The notes under the pieces are model-generated. The model was not told the origin of the DNA and searched no databases. It saw only the letters and a program-made list of their open reading frames with translations. A stretch of 63,976 bases of DNA, the filler included, from Aduncisulcus paluster (Eukaryota), in the NCBI GenBank assembly GCA_024181965.1. It is 12 parts of 12 records of this genome, joined end to end, with 100 filler letters (N's around TTAATTAATTAA, not from the genome) between each part and the next. Parts side by side here need not be neighbours in the genome. Positions count along the whole stretch, not along the records: positions 1 to 16,932 come from BQXS01012366.1; 11 more parts are not named here. The stretch is one strand, 5' to 3'. A program made the position numbers and the translations under genes. Below are positions 1 to 12,030 of this stretch, in pieces. Position 1 is the stretch's first letter. Each line of letters starts with the position of its first letter.

Positions 1-1372
1 GAATCGGTATGTGAGGAAGCAGAAGAGGAAGAAGGGGAACTGACAGCGTGGTCTTTTTTAGCTAACAAAATATGCAACTCCTCGATTTCGGTCTCAAATG
101 CAGACTTTTCCTTAGCAAACTGTGTTTCAAGAGATTCCTCCAAGGCTGCGCATTGTTGTTCAACAGTTGAGTGAATGCGGCGTTGTTCTTCCTCAAGATG
201 TTTTTGAAGCGATTCAATACGCTCTCGTTCATCTTTAAGAACTCTTTGAGAATCAGTGACACTCGCGCGTTCCATTTCAAGTTCTTTCAAACTTTTAGCA
301 AGTTGATCGCGCTCAGATGCGATGGCTTCGCGTTGAGTATCGAGTTGATCACGCTCAGATGCGATGGCTTCGCGTTGAGTATCGAGTTGATCGCGCTCAG
401 ATGCGATGGCTTCGCGTTGAGTATCGAGTTGATCGCGCTCAGATGCGATGGCTTCGCGTTGAGTATCGAGTTGATCACGCTCAGCCGCAAGCTTCACAAA
501 TTCTGATTCTGTCAATTTTTCATGTTCATCGTGTGCTTGTTCAGGCCCTAAAGACTCCTTTTTATCAGATACTTCATGAATGGGACCAGAGAGCTGAGAG
601 GTTTGCGTCTCTTGGACTTGACTAGTTTCTTCAATAACAGATTGATCATCGTGTAATTCATTCTTTATCATGCCCGAAAACTCATCTATCGAGTGTATTG
701 GCGATGTGATTTCAACGCCTTCAGATTCTTGAGAGACAAAGCTTGGATTCTTATCCTCTTTGTAAATTTCTTCCTCTTCTTCTTGATCCCATGCATGTAT
801 TCTTACGCACATATTACCTTTCAGTTGTTTCAAAGCTTTGTCACAACTGTAAACACTTCGAACACTCACATCAAGAATCGAACACGAGTCTGGGGGAATG
901 CTTGCCAATAACAAAGTGAATGATTTATGATCAAGAAATGAATAAACTGATAAATGAGAAAGAGGAATTCCTAACTTAACTCTATTTTTCAAAATTTCTT
1001 TCATTTGATCTGCGTGCATAGAGAGAAGAGTAAGAGAAGGTAAAAAATTTATCGAAACACTTTCAGAAACATATTGACATAAAATTGGCAAAAGAGACGA
1101 GGCAATTCTCGCAGATGAAATAGATGCTGCGGAGAGAGAGAGAAATATTTGTTTAGGATGTAATATACTGATAGCTTCGATAAATTCACCTAATTCGCAC
1201 GTATCTTCAAGGGATGATCTGCATATTTGTTAAATTTCATCAGTAACATAATTTTTGTTTTATAAATAGCAACATACACGTTCATCTTTAGAAATGATAC
1301 TTCGTGGAGTTCTTTAAGCTTTTTAATTGCATTTTTCCATGTAACAGTGGTAATAAATGTTTTAATTGCCAT
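1..1372 (-). CDS. Hypothetical coiled-coil protein, 3'-partial (runs off the window); exons 1372-1278 and 1218-1
   Basis: ATG at 1372. Removing a 59-nt GTATGT...TGCAG intron (1277-1219, phase 2) gives a continuous frame MAIKTF...KMNV|SSLEDTCELGEF... to the window edge. Contains a 14-aa repeat ASERDQLDTQREAI. Missed by the ORF track because there is no stop in the window. Confidence 0.8.
301..484. repeat. 42-bp coding tandem repeat, about 4.4 copies
   Basis: Unit agttgatcRcgctcagatgcgatggcttcgcgttgagtatcg starts at 301, 343, 385, 427 and 469 (partial); 14 aa = two heptads. Confidence 0.95.
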
Positions 1373-1656
1373 AGGAATGGATAATAATTGGAAGTAGGCA
1401 AGCCAAGACAATTTTTCAAAAAAGTTTCTTTTTCAAGTATCAAAATCATCCTCTTAACCAACAAATGGCTTTATTATACTTATTATTTATCCAAGTAAGA
1501 CGAATATTTTTTAATTGATGCTAGATATGTGACGAAGGTGAAAAAGAGTGGCCTCAGCCATCAGGATGATGAATTTAAACGAAACATCAAAATTCGATAA
1601 TTACGATAAAAAATGGCTATTAAATGCGAAAATCGGTCGATAGTAAAAGCGGTATA

Positions 1657-2453
1657 TTACTCAATATCTATTATATCCAAACAACATGGACCTTTTGTTA
1701 CCGAGGAATGATTGGACAACAAATCATCGATCCTCTCAGTCTTTTCCAAAAGATTATCACCACTTCGACGTTTTAACGTTTTCTTTTTGTCAGATCCACT
1801 TGGAGATGAAGAACGTCGTTTATACTGAGAAGATCTTGATAATCTTTTTGGATGAACAATAGAATCGTCGATAATATCAATTACTTCTTCATCACAAACG
1901 ATAGGTGAGGAAACGATAGGTGAGGAAACGATAGGTGAGGGATTCGAGGAGCTGTGTTGGACATCGCATGTATCATCAACATCAATGATATCCAACTTTT
2001 TCATACGTTCAGCAGCCCGATCCTCATCGTTGAGTCCCATTCGAACGCTATCAACATCCCAAAACTCTCCCATCTCTTCCCAAACATCTTTCTCAGATCT
2101 CTCTGACAAAAGTCTGGACCACCTTGCTCTCAGATTGAAAGCCACATCAGCAATCAGTACAGTTTTAGTATCATTTATCGTTTTTTGAATTCTTTTCCCC
2201 TCTTCCTCTTCTTCCTCTTCTTCTTCCTCTTCCTCTTCTTCCTCTTCCTCTCTTCTCTTCTCTCTACGAAGTCCTCGTCCAATCTGCTGAACAAATACAA
2301 TCTCGCTTTCGGTCTTCCTTCCGAGTATTACACAATCAACTCCAGGTAAATCAAAACCTTCCGTTGCCATTTGGACCGTGACAATGCATCTCACCTTTCN
2401 NNNNNNNNNNNNNNNNNNNTTAGTATCATTTATCGTTTTTTGAATTCTTTTCC

Positions 2454-2487
<34 letters not shown>

Positions 2488-4965
2488 TTCCTCTTCTTCC
2501 TCTTCCTCTCTTCTCTTCTCTCTACGAAGTCCTCGTCCAATCTGCTGAACAAATACAATCTCGCTTTCGGTCTTCCTTCCGAGTATTACACAATCAACTC
2601 CAGGTAAATCAAAACCTTCCGTTGCCATTTGGACCGTGACAATGCATCTCACCTTTCCCTGCTTAAACAAATCCATATATGATTGGGGATCTGATGTTTT
2701 ATAATGAACTGAAACACAAAATGGAAATGCGGATTTAATAGGCCCACTTCTTGGATATCGTTGAGCAAACAAATTATTCACGCATCTCGAAGTATGATCA
2801 GCAATCGATATGCTTGACACGAAGACCATAATCCTCCGAAGCGACCGTTTATGCAGTGAAACACTTCGCTCAAGACATAACATAACAACTTCGGAAAGAC
2901 GTTTGGGCGAACAATGAAGGGTGTTTATGGCCTCTGAGGATGGTACAGGGAAAATAAACTTCTTGCATGTGGCTTTGATTATGCTACATTGTTGCGCAGA
3001 ATTGCTTGCTGGGACAGCAGCATATTTATGTTTGAAAACCCGATGTGTCTTGTCATATGGTCTTATCCCTTTAGGCGGAATGAGTTCAAAATAATCGACA
3101 GAAGGAAAGTACCCAGCTTTCTTTGCAGATATCCATGGAAATGAAACATAAAGCTGATTATTGAACATTTTGAGTATTTTTTTCCCTTCAATATCAGTGC
3201 GATGCTGCAAAGTGGCGGTAAGACCCAAAGAATATTCCATTGAGGGTTGTGACATCAGAATTCGAAAGGTTTTTTTATATGTTTTTGCCAGAATATGGTG
3301 AACTTCATCAACAACCAGGTGAGAAACATTGGAAAGGAAAGATTTGGGCAATCGACTGAAAGACTGGAATAAAGCAAAGACAAATGTCTTATCAGCAAGG
3401 GACTCAGAAGCTATATCTGATTCTCCATCGGCACCAGTGACTTCATAGAAGGCATCATCAGTTACTCCAAGGGAATTGAAATGACGTTTGAATGTAAGAT
3501 AGGCATTTTGACGAATTTGAATAGAATGAACTAAAAATAGAACAGTCGGAGGAATATAATCGGTTTCTGAATAAGGATTAGAATCTAATGAGTCATCACG
3601 TGAAATGATGTCATAAGTTTCTGGTTGTGGACATTTTATATCACTATCACAATATCCAATTGACACGTCACATATCGAATCTATCTCTTCTTCCACTTCC
3701 TCTTCTTCCTCTTCTTTCTCTTCTTTCTCCTCTTCCTCTTCTTCCTCTTCCTCTTCCTTTTGCTGGTCTTCTTTAAAATCATCAATTAAGAGTTCTTTTT
3801 CATTGGAAATGTGAGAAGGAAGCCGGCCCTGTGGGAAATCTGTGACTATTCCCAATCTGTCCATTCTTTCCTTTTTACCCCTTTCCCCACGTCTATTAAT
3901 TGTTGTCCAATCGAAGATATATGCCCCATCCTTACGATGTCCTCTGCTCTGCTCTATTGATCTTTGAACATCGAGGACAGTCAGTACAGTCTTTCCAAGG
4001 GCTGTGGCAAGGACGGCTATTCCTCGAGCATGCCCAGAAAACTTACGACAGTCCGCCATATGAATTAATACCTTGGATTGGAATGGGGATGGAAGAAAAG
4101 CTCCAAAATTAATATTTGTATAGTTTTTATCTGACTCCTTTGAAATTTCACGAAAAGAGTGTATTTTCTTGGTTTCTGCAAATGGTTGGAGGGAGAGCTT
4201 ATCGATATATTCGGCCATAGTTGGGAATATATTCCCAAGACCTTCAAGATCATCATGGATTAGCGGGGGAAGAGTTGGAACAATGGGTTCAAATGCTTTG
4301 AGTTTAGCTTTTTCTTCTCGACGAGCAAGAATTTTGGCTCTAAGTTCACTTTCAATAATGTCTAATGGGGGGATTTCTCTGTTTTGGTATCTTTCGAAGA
4401 AATCATCGATATCAACAACGGAAAATCCGGATTTTAATAAAATTTTACGATAAGTCTCTGCAATTTTTCTCCATTTTTCGGAAGAAACACGCAAAGCGAC
4501 GGAAAGAGAAGGGGGATGGGCTACATCGGTACTTTTTCCCCCTAATAAAATGGGAATTTCTGTTTCATGTTTTTCTTCAATAACTAGCGAATCAAGACGC
4601 GTTTGACTTCCGNNNNNNNNNNNNNNNNNNNNGTATCTTTCGAAGAAATCATCGATATCAACAACGGAAAATCCGGATTTTAATAAAATTTTACGATAAG
4701 TCTCTGCAATTTTTCTCCATTTTTCGGAAGAAACACGCAAAGCGACGGAAAGAGAAGGGGGATGGGCTACATCGGTACTTTTTCCCCCTAATAAAATGGG
4801 AATTTCTGTTTCATGTTTTTCTTCAATAACTAGCGAATCAAGACGCGTTTGACTTCCGGAAAGAGATGATACGCCTTTCTTTTTCTTAACTCGGCTTGAT
4901 AAATCTTTTGACTTTTCAAAATATGATAAACTTGTTTGAATTGCATTTCTTATCTTTCTACTCAT
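1657..4965 (-). CDS. SF2 DExH helicase, type III restriction Res/Irc3/RadD-like, with acidic inserts; two segments falsely duplicated at the 20-N gaps
   Basis: PSPFQ (Q motif), LATALGKT (I), VLFLVH (Ia), VVDEVHH (II), LGLTAT (III), TEGFDLPGVDCVILGRKTES (V), QQIGRGLR (VI); first ATG at 4965. Confidence 0.85.
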
Positions 4966-5099
4966 TTGTTGACATAGTATTGCAATCAATTTATCCTATA
5001 ACGATTCCAGATAACCTATCTTTTTTCGGCTCATTTTTGCAGGCGGTAAAAATACCGACCAATGCGTTAATCGGTTTTGTTGGGTCAACATAAAGATAA

Positions 5100-7139
5100 A
5101 TGGGGAAAATGTTTTCACTCAGAATAACTAACCCCCTTAATTTATATTATTCATTCTTAATTTTTCAATTTTTATTTGTATTTTCACATTCTATAAATTT
5201 TATTTCGGAGTACCCTAAACCATTGGTTTCTGGTGATAATTTTTCGGATATTTCGACTAAATCTGCTGTAATAGATTTAGTACCTCATTATTGTAGTGAT
5301 TCCATATGTTCTTCTATGCGTTCTCCAAGTGATCTCGATAGTTATTCAAATTATGATATTACAATGGCTTTCAACTCTTTAGTTGTGTGTCCATTCGTTG
5401 TTCCAGATAGTGGGACTCCGTATTATACAAATACTTTATCTTTTTCCGATAATTCCAGTCTAATATTGATCAATGATGATCCCCCAATCTACAACTCTCA
5501 AATCTACTGGTATATTCAGGAAACTTCTGGATTATTTGACGAAGATGATTTGTCTATGGTATGTTATAGTTTTGTTAGTGATAGTTCAAACACTCCATTG
5601 GCATACAGTGAAGTGTTCGAATCTTCGACTGGTTTCTCAATAATTGGGGGGATTAAAAGCTCTTCTTTCATTCTCCCAAACTCATATCAAAAGGTTTCAA
5701 CAGTTTGGGATAATGTAACTAGTGAATCAATTTCTTCTTTCTTCTCCGCCTCTGCTAGCAGGCCATCAATCGATGATATTGTGTCAAATCCATATACATA
5801 TCCTCTACCCCTTGATTCTGAGACGTATATTTCGGAGTATTATTCAATTTCACACCATTCATATTTCTCTGCTCCAAGTTCTGAGATAGACACTCTGTCT
5901 GATGCTTTTCTGAATAGCATCCTTGCTGAGTGTTGTGTTTACGTGCCACGTTCAGCAACCTTGACACAGGATGGCGAGGTTGTCACTGGATCTGGCTTGG
6001 TTGGTGAGACTAGCCGAGAGTGCATGTCAAGTTACAGTAGTACTGATTTTGTCACATTCCTCTCAAGCCTCACCCTCGGACGAGGAATATGCGACTCTTC
6101 GGTGGAAGCAAATGCATGCGGGGTTTATGTTTCCTTTCTCATTAATTTCACGTCTTTGGATTCCACCAAGATTATTGATAACGAAATAATTCTTTGGTTT
6201 GGAGTTGAAATTCCTATCGAAAAAACTCCGGTTATGCTTTATATAATTGCTTGCGTTGCTGTTCTTTTTATGATTTTTGTTATTTTTCATTCCATTTGTT
6301 GGATGTTAGCAAAAAAGAAATATTCAGGGTCCTTTTGTTGTTCTTCCAAAGCTAACGGAGACCAAGAAATGAAAATATCCCAGAGCAGTCCTAGTATTAT
6401 ATTACACTCTCAAACAGATTCTAATGTTATTCATGAGGAATCCATTGGATATTTTGATTTCCGAAGCATATATTCTCTTTTATGCCATAGATCTTACCAT
6501 ATGGCACAAACTGATGCTGCTCTTCCTGGTATCGAATATGAATATGAATATTATGAATATGAAGAAGAAGAACAAGAAGAAAAGGAAGAGGAAGAGGAAG
6601 AGGAAGAGGAAGAAGAAAAATCCAAAGATTTAGATATAAAAGATATTAAATTTGAAGAAGAAGAAGAAGAGAGGAAGAGAAAGGAAGAAGAAGAGAGGAA
6701 AAGGAAAGAAGAAGAAAAGAAGAGAAGAGAAGAAGAGGAAGAGAGGAAAAGGAAAGAAGAAGAAAAGAAGAGAAGAGAAGAAGAGGAAGAGAGGAAAAGG
6801 AAAGAAGAGGAAGAGAGGAAGAGAAAGGAAGAAGAAGAAAAGAAGAGAAGAGAAGAAGAAGAAGAGAGGAAGAGAAAGGAAGAAGAAGAGAGGAAAAGGA
6901 AAGAAGAGGAAGAGAAGAAGAGAAGAGAAGAAGAAGAAGAGAGGAAAAGGAAAGATGAGGAAGAGAGAAAGCAAGAAGAGAAGGAAATAGAAGAAATGAA
7001 ACAAAAAGAAGAGGAAGAGATGGGAGATATAGACCAGAGTTTTACTACATTAAGCCCGGTGGTTGACGGGAAGAGGGTGAAGAAGAGGACGAAAAAGAAA
7101 GTCAAAAAGACTATAAAAGTAAGGAAAAAAGTGGAATAA
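5100..7139 (+). CDS. Putative type I membrane protein: Ser-rich ectodomain, one TM helix, E/K/R-rich cytoplasmic tail
   Basis: Hydrophobic N-terminus, TM segment VMLYIIACVAVLFMIFVIFHSICW, EEEERKRK repeats at about 6560-7020. Confidence 0.75.
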   Translation: MGKMFSLRITNPLNLYYSFLIFQFLFVFSHSINFISEYPKPLVSGDNFSDISTKSAVIDLVPHYCSDSICSSMRSPSDLDSYSNYDITMAFNSLVVCPFVVPDSGTPYYTNTLSFSDNSSLILINDDPPIYNSQIYWYIQETSGLFDEDDLSMVCYSFVSDSSNTPLAYSEVFESSTGFSIIGGIKSSSFILPNSYQKVSTVWDNVTSESISSFFSASASRPSIDDIVSNPYTYPLPLDSETYISEYYSISHHSYFSAPSSEIDTLSDAFLNSILAECCVYVPRSATLTQDGEVVTGSGLVGETSRECMSSYSSTDFVTFLSSLTLGRGICDSSVEANACGVYVSFLINFTSLDSTKIIDNEIILWFGVEIPIEKTPVMLYIIACVAVLFMIFVIFHSICWMLAKKKYSGSFCCSSKANGDQEMKISQSSPSIILHSQTDSNVIHEESIGYFDFRSIYSLLCHRSYHMAQTDAALPGIEYEYEYYEYEEEEQEEKEEEEEEEEEEEKSKDLDIKDIKFEEEEEERKRKEEEERKRKEEEKKRREEEEERKRKEEEKKRREEEEERKRKEEEERKRKEEEEKKRREEEEERKRKEEEERKRKEEEEKKRREEEEERKRKDEEERKQEEKEIEEMKQKEEEEMGDIDQSFTTLSPVVDGKRVKKRTKKKVKKTIKVRKKVE

Positions 7140-7500
7140 TGAACCTCAATAGTGATATTATGTTAATATATTATTAAGTAAATATTGTACATTGGACATT
7201 GTCAATCTATAAAATATTAACCTTTTTGGCTTCGTACCTCAACTTATCACGGTGGTCTGGGTGACAAACCTTAATAAGACTCTCAGCCCTTTGTCTTCCA
7301 GTCTTTCCCCAAACGTCAGCAATACCATACTCGGTAACAACATAACGAGCATTGTAACGACCAGTGACAACAGCAGCACCCTTGTTGATGAAAGGCACGA
7401 TANNNNNNNNNNNNNNNNNNNNAAGTGGAATAATGAACCTCAATAGTGATATTATGTTAATATATTATTAAGTAAATATTGTACATTGGACATTGTCAAT

Positions 7501-8808
7501 CTATAAAATATTAACCTTTTTGGCTTCGTACCTCAACTTATCACGGTGGTCTGGGTGACAAACCTTAATAAGACTCTCAGCCCTTTGTCTTCCAGTCTTT
7601 CCCCAAAGGTCAGCAATACCATACTCGGTAACAACATAACGAGCATTGTAACGACCAGTGTCAACAGCAGCACCCTTGTTGATGAAAGGCACGATACGGG
7701 GGAGACCCTTGCTTGTGGTGGAAGGAAGAGCAGTGATCGGCTTTCCTCCCTTGGACATAGCAGCACCAGTCATGAAATCAAGCTGACCACCAATTCCAGA
7801 CCAAACATAAGATCCAATCTGGGAGGCAACGACCTGACCTAACATGTCAACTTCGATGGCTCCATTGATGGCAACAACCTTATCGTTCATGGCAATGTTC
7901 CTGGGATCGTTAGTGTAATCGACAACACGCATGTCAATAAGAGGGTTGTTGTCCATGAATTTGTAGAGCTTATTCGACCCAAGACCGAATGAAGCAACCA
8001 TTTTACCGGGGAGAATGGCCTTCTTGGCATTGGTCACAATTCCTTTTGTTGTGAGATCGACGGCACCTTCACTGACCATCTCAGTGTGGACACCGAGGTG
8101 TTGATGGTTGTGGAGATTCTTCAAGACGCCGTCAGCAATTCCTCCGAATCCAGTCTGGAGACAGGCACCATCTTCAATGAGGGAAGCAACATGGTCACCA
8201 ATCTTCTTTTGGACATCGGAAGAGGATTTGGGGAAGTGCTCATGGTTGGGCATATCGTGGTAAACAAGGTGATCAATCTGAGAGAGATGGATCTGAGAAT
8301 CTCCGAAAGTACGGGGCATCTCCTCAGATACCATGGCAATAACAACCTTAGAGGACATAATAGCCTGACGGGTAGTCACAACGTTGGTTCCCAATGAAAC
8401 GAATCCATGCTCATCAGGGGGAGAAACACAGAGAACAGAAGCATCAACGGGGAAGGATCCAGATCTCATAAGGTGAGGGATTTGATGGAGCATGATTGGA
8501 GTAAAGAAAGCGCGACCATCATTACAAGCTTTACGAACATTGTGAGCAATGAAAAGAGCATTGTGACGGAAAGAATCTTGCATACCAGGTTCTGCATAGG
8601 GACAAGTACCTTCAGTATGTACAGCAGCGAATTCAACACCACGAAGTTCACTAGCACGACGAGAAATGGCATGGAGTAACGGGGTTGGAGTTGCAGTTGT
8701 CCCATGAATCCACACCCGCATGCCACTTTCAATATGTTTTGCTGCATCATCTAAGGAGGAATGGATTTTGGGAAGCTTGTCCCACTGAAGAACAGATCTA
8801 GCCAACAT
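7501..8808 (-). CDS. Acetyl-CoA hydrolase/transferase family CoA-transferase (4-hydroxybutyrate CoA-transferase / ASCT subfamily 1B-like)
   Basis: SPPDEHGFVSLGTNV, LIEDGACLQTGFGGI, HLGVHTEM (catalytic Glu), AINGAIEVDMLGQV, SGIGGQLDF, YVVTEYGIADLWGK, HPDHR. The copy at 7207-7402 is an unmerged overlap of the 3' end. Confidence 0.92.
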   Translation of the reverse strand: MLARSVLQWDKLPKIHSSLDDAAKHIESGMRVWIHGTTATPTPLLHAISRRASELRGVEFAAVHTEGTCPYAEPGMQDSFRHNALFIAHNVRKACNDGRAFFTPIMLHQIPHLMRSGSFPVDASVLCVSPPDEHGFVSLGTNVVTTRQAIMSSKVVIAMVSEEMPRTFGDSQIHLSQIDHLVYHDMPNHEHFPKSSSDVQKKIGDHVASLIEDGACLQTGFGGIADGVLKNLHNHQHLGVHTEMVSEGAVDLTTKGIVTNAKKAILPGKMVASFGLGSNKLYKFMDNNPLIDMRVVDYTNDPRNIAMNDKVVAINGAIEVDMLGQVVASQIGSYVWSGIGGQLDFMTGAAMSKGGKPITALPSTTSKGLPRIVPFINKGAAVDTGRYNARYVVTEYGIADLWGKTGRQRAESLIKVCHPDHRDKLRYEAKKVNIL

Positions 8809-9033
8809 ATTACCAATAACTTCAACGAAAACGAGCCAATCGTTATTGGTGTCAGTAGTTGTTCATCAAGGAGAAAAGGGAACAGAGAAATTATTTGTGT
8901 TGACAAATGAGGCTAATTTTTACTTTTTATCACCCCCTTCAGAAAACGAACTTCAAGATTTCGCCAATTTTGGTTCGATTTCCATTTTTCCTCGAGTGGA
9001 GATTTATTTGAAAGCAAATTTAAGTTTTTTTTT

Positions 9034-10813
9034 ATGCATTCAAATGAATCAAATGCTTCTAAATCACCCATAGGACAAGATGATTCAAAGCATTCGAAGT
9101 TAGCTTCTGAGTCTTTATTATCTTTGATTTTGAAAATTTCCCTGCCAAATCTCGTTGGTCTGGTGTTAGTTTCTCTTTATAATGTCGCCGATTCAATATT
9201 TGTTGGAAATATGATAGGGAAAGCTGGGTTGGCTTCAATTTCTGGGTATAATGTCATCGAACAAATTTGTCTGTATACGGGGTTCTCATTTGGTGGATCG
9301 TGTGCCTCTATTATTTCTCAAGCTCTTGCTCTTCAAAATATATCTTTAGCTGAGCGATCATTATTGGTTTACGTAATTCTTTCATTTATCTTTGGAGTTT
9401 TGATGAGCGGAATTCAACTTCCTTTTTTGTCTCAGATATTATCTTTTCTTGGATGTACTGATGGGGAAGTTCTTGAAGGTGCTATTACTTATGGAAAACC
9501 TCTAGCTTGGTCAAGCACTCTCTTTTTTCTTATGATTCCTCCCGAATTTTTTTTCCGTTCGGAAAATAAGCCCCTTATCTCTATGATGCTTCCCTTGTCT
9601 TCCTCCCTCCTTAATATTATTGGTGATCCGCTATTCATTCATTTTTTCGGAATCAAAGGGGCGGCTTTCTCTACCGTCACAAGTGAGGTAATTGTTCTCA
9701 TTCCCCTTATATTCTATTACTGTCTTCCATCATCTAAAGCTTCATTTAANNNNNNNNNNNNNNNNNNNNTATGGAAAACCTCTAGCTTGGTCAAGCACTC
9801 TCTTTTTTCTTATGATTCCTCCCGAATTTTTTTTCCGTTCGGAAAATAAGCCCCTTATCTCTATGATGCTTCCCTTGTCTTCCTCCCTCCTTAATATTAT
9901 TGGTGATCCGCTATTCATTCATTTTTTCGGAATCAAAGGGGCGGCTTTCTCTACCGTCACAAGTGAGGTAATTGTTCTCATTCCCCTTATATTCTATTAC
10001 TGTCTTCCATCATCTAAAGCTTCATTTAAGTTGCGGATTAGATACGTATCTTCATGGAATGAGATTGTGGAAACATTTAAGTTAATTGGGAAAATTCTTC
10101 ATATCTCAATTGGAACTTTTGCAATGCAAGTCATTCCACTTATGTCAATAGTTATCCAAAACATCAATATAAAATCTCACTATGACGACCCAGAGACTTG
10201 GTTAGCAATCATATCTGTTACCCTTCGAGTTATGTCATTAATATATATGCCACAATATGCATTCTCTCTGACTCTTCCTGCAATCGCCGCATATAATGTT
10301 GGAAAGAAAAATTTTCGGAGAGTTTGGAGATGTGTTGTCACTATCCTTCTATTTATTCTTGGAATATCAGTTATTTTTTGTAGTATTGTTGAGATATGTG
10401 CCAAATTCATTTCCCTTGCTTTCAATGATGATCCTGTTTATTTGGAATTCACTCCAAATGCCCTTCGATTGTCTGCAATAACTGTCTCACTTAAATGTAT
10501 TCCCATTATCACGACATCAATATATCAATTGTATCAAAAGGGAACTTTGGGAATGGTAGTTGGAATTTTTTGTTGTTTCACATCTGTATTTTCTCAACTT
10601 ATAATACCAAAATTATTTGAATATTCAAATTATAGCGTAATATATGCACAAATGATTTGTTATTGCGTCGATGCTATCTTTTCTTCTATTTTCCTTATCT
10701 CTCAGCTGTTATTCATACGGAAGCAAGTTCGATATGAAAATGTTGAGGTTTATGAGAATAGTCAAGAAGATATTGTCGGAGAAATGAGAGAAATTGATAA
10801 TTGGTGGATTTGA
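9034..10813 (+). CDS. MATE family efflux transporter (one gene; apparent split caused by the gap at 9750-9769)
   Basis: SLYNVADSIFVG, LLNIIGDPLFI..FGIKGAAFST, AYNVGKKNFRRV; about 12 hydrophobic segments; 9490-9749 repeated at 9770-10029. Confidence 0.9.
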
Positions 10814-11029
10814 ATAAACAATGAAGTTTTTTTTCACAGATATTGAAGGCACAGAATAGTAAAAAAAAAAAAAAAATAGAAATATCTAAATTTAGAACTA
10901 ATAAATATTTTTTATAAAATATACTATATTTAAATTAAATAATATTATTAAATAATATAATAATAAAATAAATTTTAAAATTTCTAAAAATAGTTTTTAA
11001 GTTTTCCTTTTCTTTCTATTTGGCAAACA

Positions 11030-12019
11030 ATGACAAAACATCTACAAATTTTGATTGCTGGAGGTGGAGATTATGATATTTCTACAATATTTGCTGCTTT
11101 CAAAAAGAAAATGGAAAGCATGAAGAGCGAAGAATTCGAAACCTGCTCTGTTGATTGGGTATCTGAGAAAAAATATAAAGGTTTTGTTTTAATTATTATT
11201 GGAGGAAGGAATTTAGATGTAATACCGTCGACTATTGATGTTCAACTTGTAATTTCAATGTCCGCTGGAGTGGATCATATTCTTACTGGTAATCCTCATT
11301 TAAAGTGTCTTGCTTCTGTTCCTCTTATTAGGCTAAAAGACCCTACTATGGCTCAACATATGGCGGAAAATGTTCTCATTCACACTCTTCGATACAAACA
11401 CAAACATAATGTTTTTGCTCAATATCAACAAATGGGATTATGGAAACCTCATTATGGAACAAGAAAAACCGTTGTTGGAGTTCTGGGTTGTGGTTTTCTT
11501 GGTTCAAAAATTGTTGAATTCCTCACTCCACATGTTGATGAAATTTGTGTTTTTTCCAAATCGGGAAAGAATCCACTCCAAAAACATAAATGTATGGAAG
11601 AATTTTTAAAGTATATCAATGTTTTGATTATTATTGTTCCACTAACACCTGAGACTGAAGGAATCATTGGTCATCGTGAACTATCCCTTTTGCCCCCAGG
11701 ATCATGCGTGATCAATGTAAGTAGAGGGAAGATATTGGATATCGATGCTCTTGTTTCTCATTTAAGTGATGAGATCTTTGTGTCTCCAGAATCATTGAAG
11801 GCTGGGAAGAATATTGGTTGTGCTTTTCTTGATGTTTTCCCAAAAGAACCCATAGAAAAGGATGACCCAATATGGAAATTGCCAAACTTATTTATAACCC
11901 CACATGTGAGTGGAGTGAGTTCATTTTCTTCTCTCCTTGAGACGGTAGCCACTGAGATCCAATGTTTTATTAAAAATGGGACAAGTGAATCGTTGGTTGA
12001 CAAAGAAAAGGGGTATTAA
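11030..12019 (+). CDS. D-isomer-specific 2-hydroxyacid dehydrogenase, GhrA (glyoxylate/hydroxypyruvate reductase A)-like
   Basis: SAGVDH, VGVLGCGFLG (Rossmann), PLTPETEGI, INVSRG, FLDVF.KEP, ITPHVSG (Arg/Glu/His catalytic set present). Confidence 0.88.
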   Translation: MTKHLQILIAGGGDYDISTIFAAFKKKMESMKSEEFETCSVDWVSEKKYKGFVLIIIGGRNLDVIPSTIDVQLVISMSAGVDHILTGNPHLKCLASVPLIRLKDPTMAQHMAENVLIHTLRYKHKHNVFAQYQQMGLWKPHYGTRKTVVGVLGCGFLGSKIVEFLTPHVDEICVFSKSGKNPLQKHKCMEEFLKYINVLIIIVPLTPETEGIIGHRELSLLPPGSCVINVSRGKILDIDALVSHLSDEIFVSPESLKAGKNIGCAFLDVFPKEPIEKDDPIWKLPNLFITPHVSGVSSFSSLLETVATEIQCFIKNGTSESLVDKEKGY

Positions 12020-12030
12020 TACTGAGATAA

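Noticed and set aside
301..484. CRISPR-like regular repeats
   Set aside because: Contiguous 42-bp units with no unique spacers; in-frame coiled-coil coding repeat in a eukaryotic gene
1520..1600. Possible C/D-box snoRNA (ATGATGA on +, CTGA motifs on -)
   Set aside because: Boxes are not in the correct order on one strand with a terminal stem or a recognisable rRNA guide
6551..7105. Phe/Ser/Leu-rich and Lys/Arg-rich ORFs (also 32200-33296, 44170-44746, 58142-59154)
   Set aside because: Antisense or shifted-frame shadows of E/K/R repeats, which lack stop codons by composition
7207..7443. Second CoA-transferase gene or tandem duplicate
   Set aside because: Unmerged overlap across a 20-N gap that also repeats the intergenic sequence and the neighbouring gene's stop
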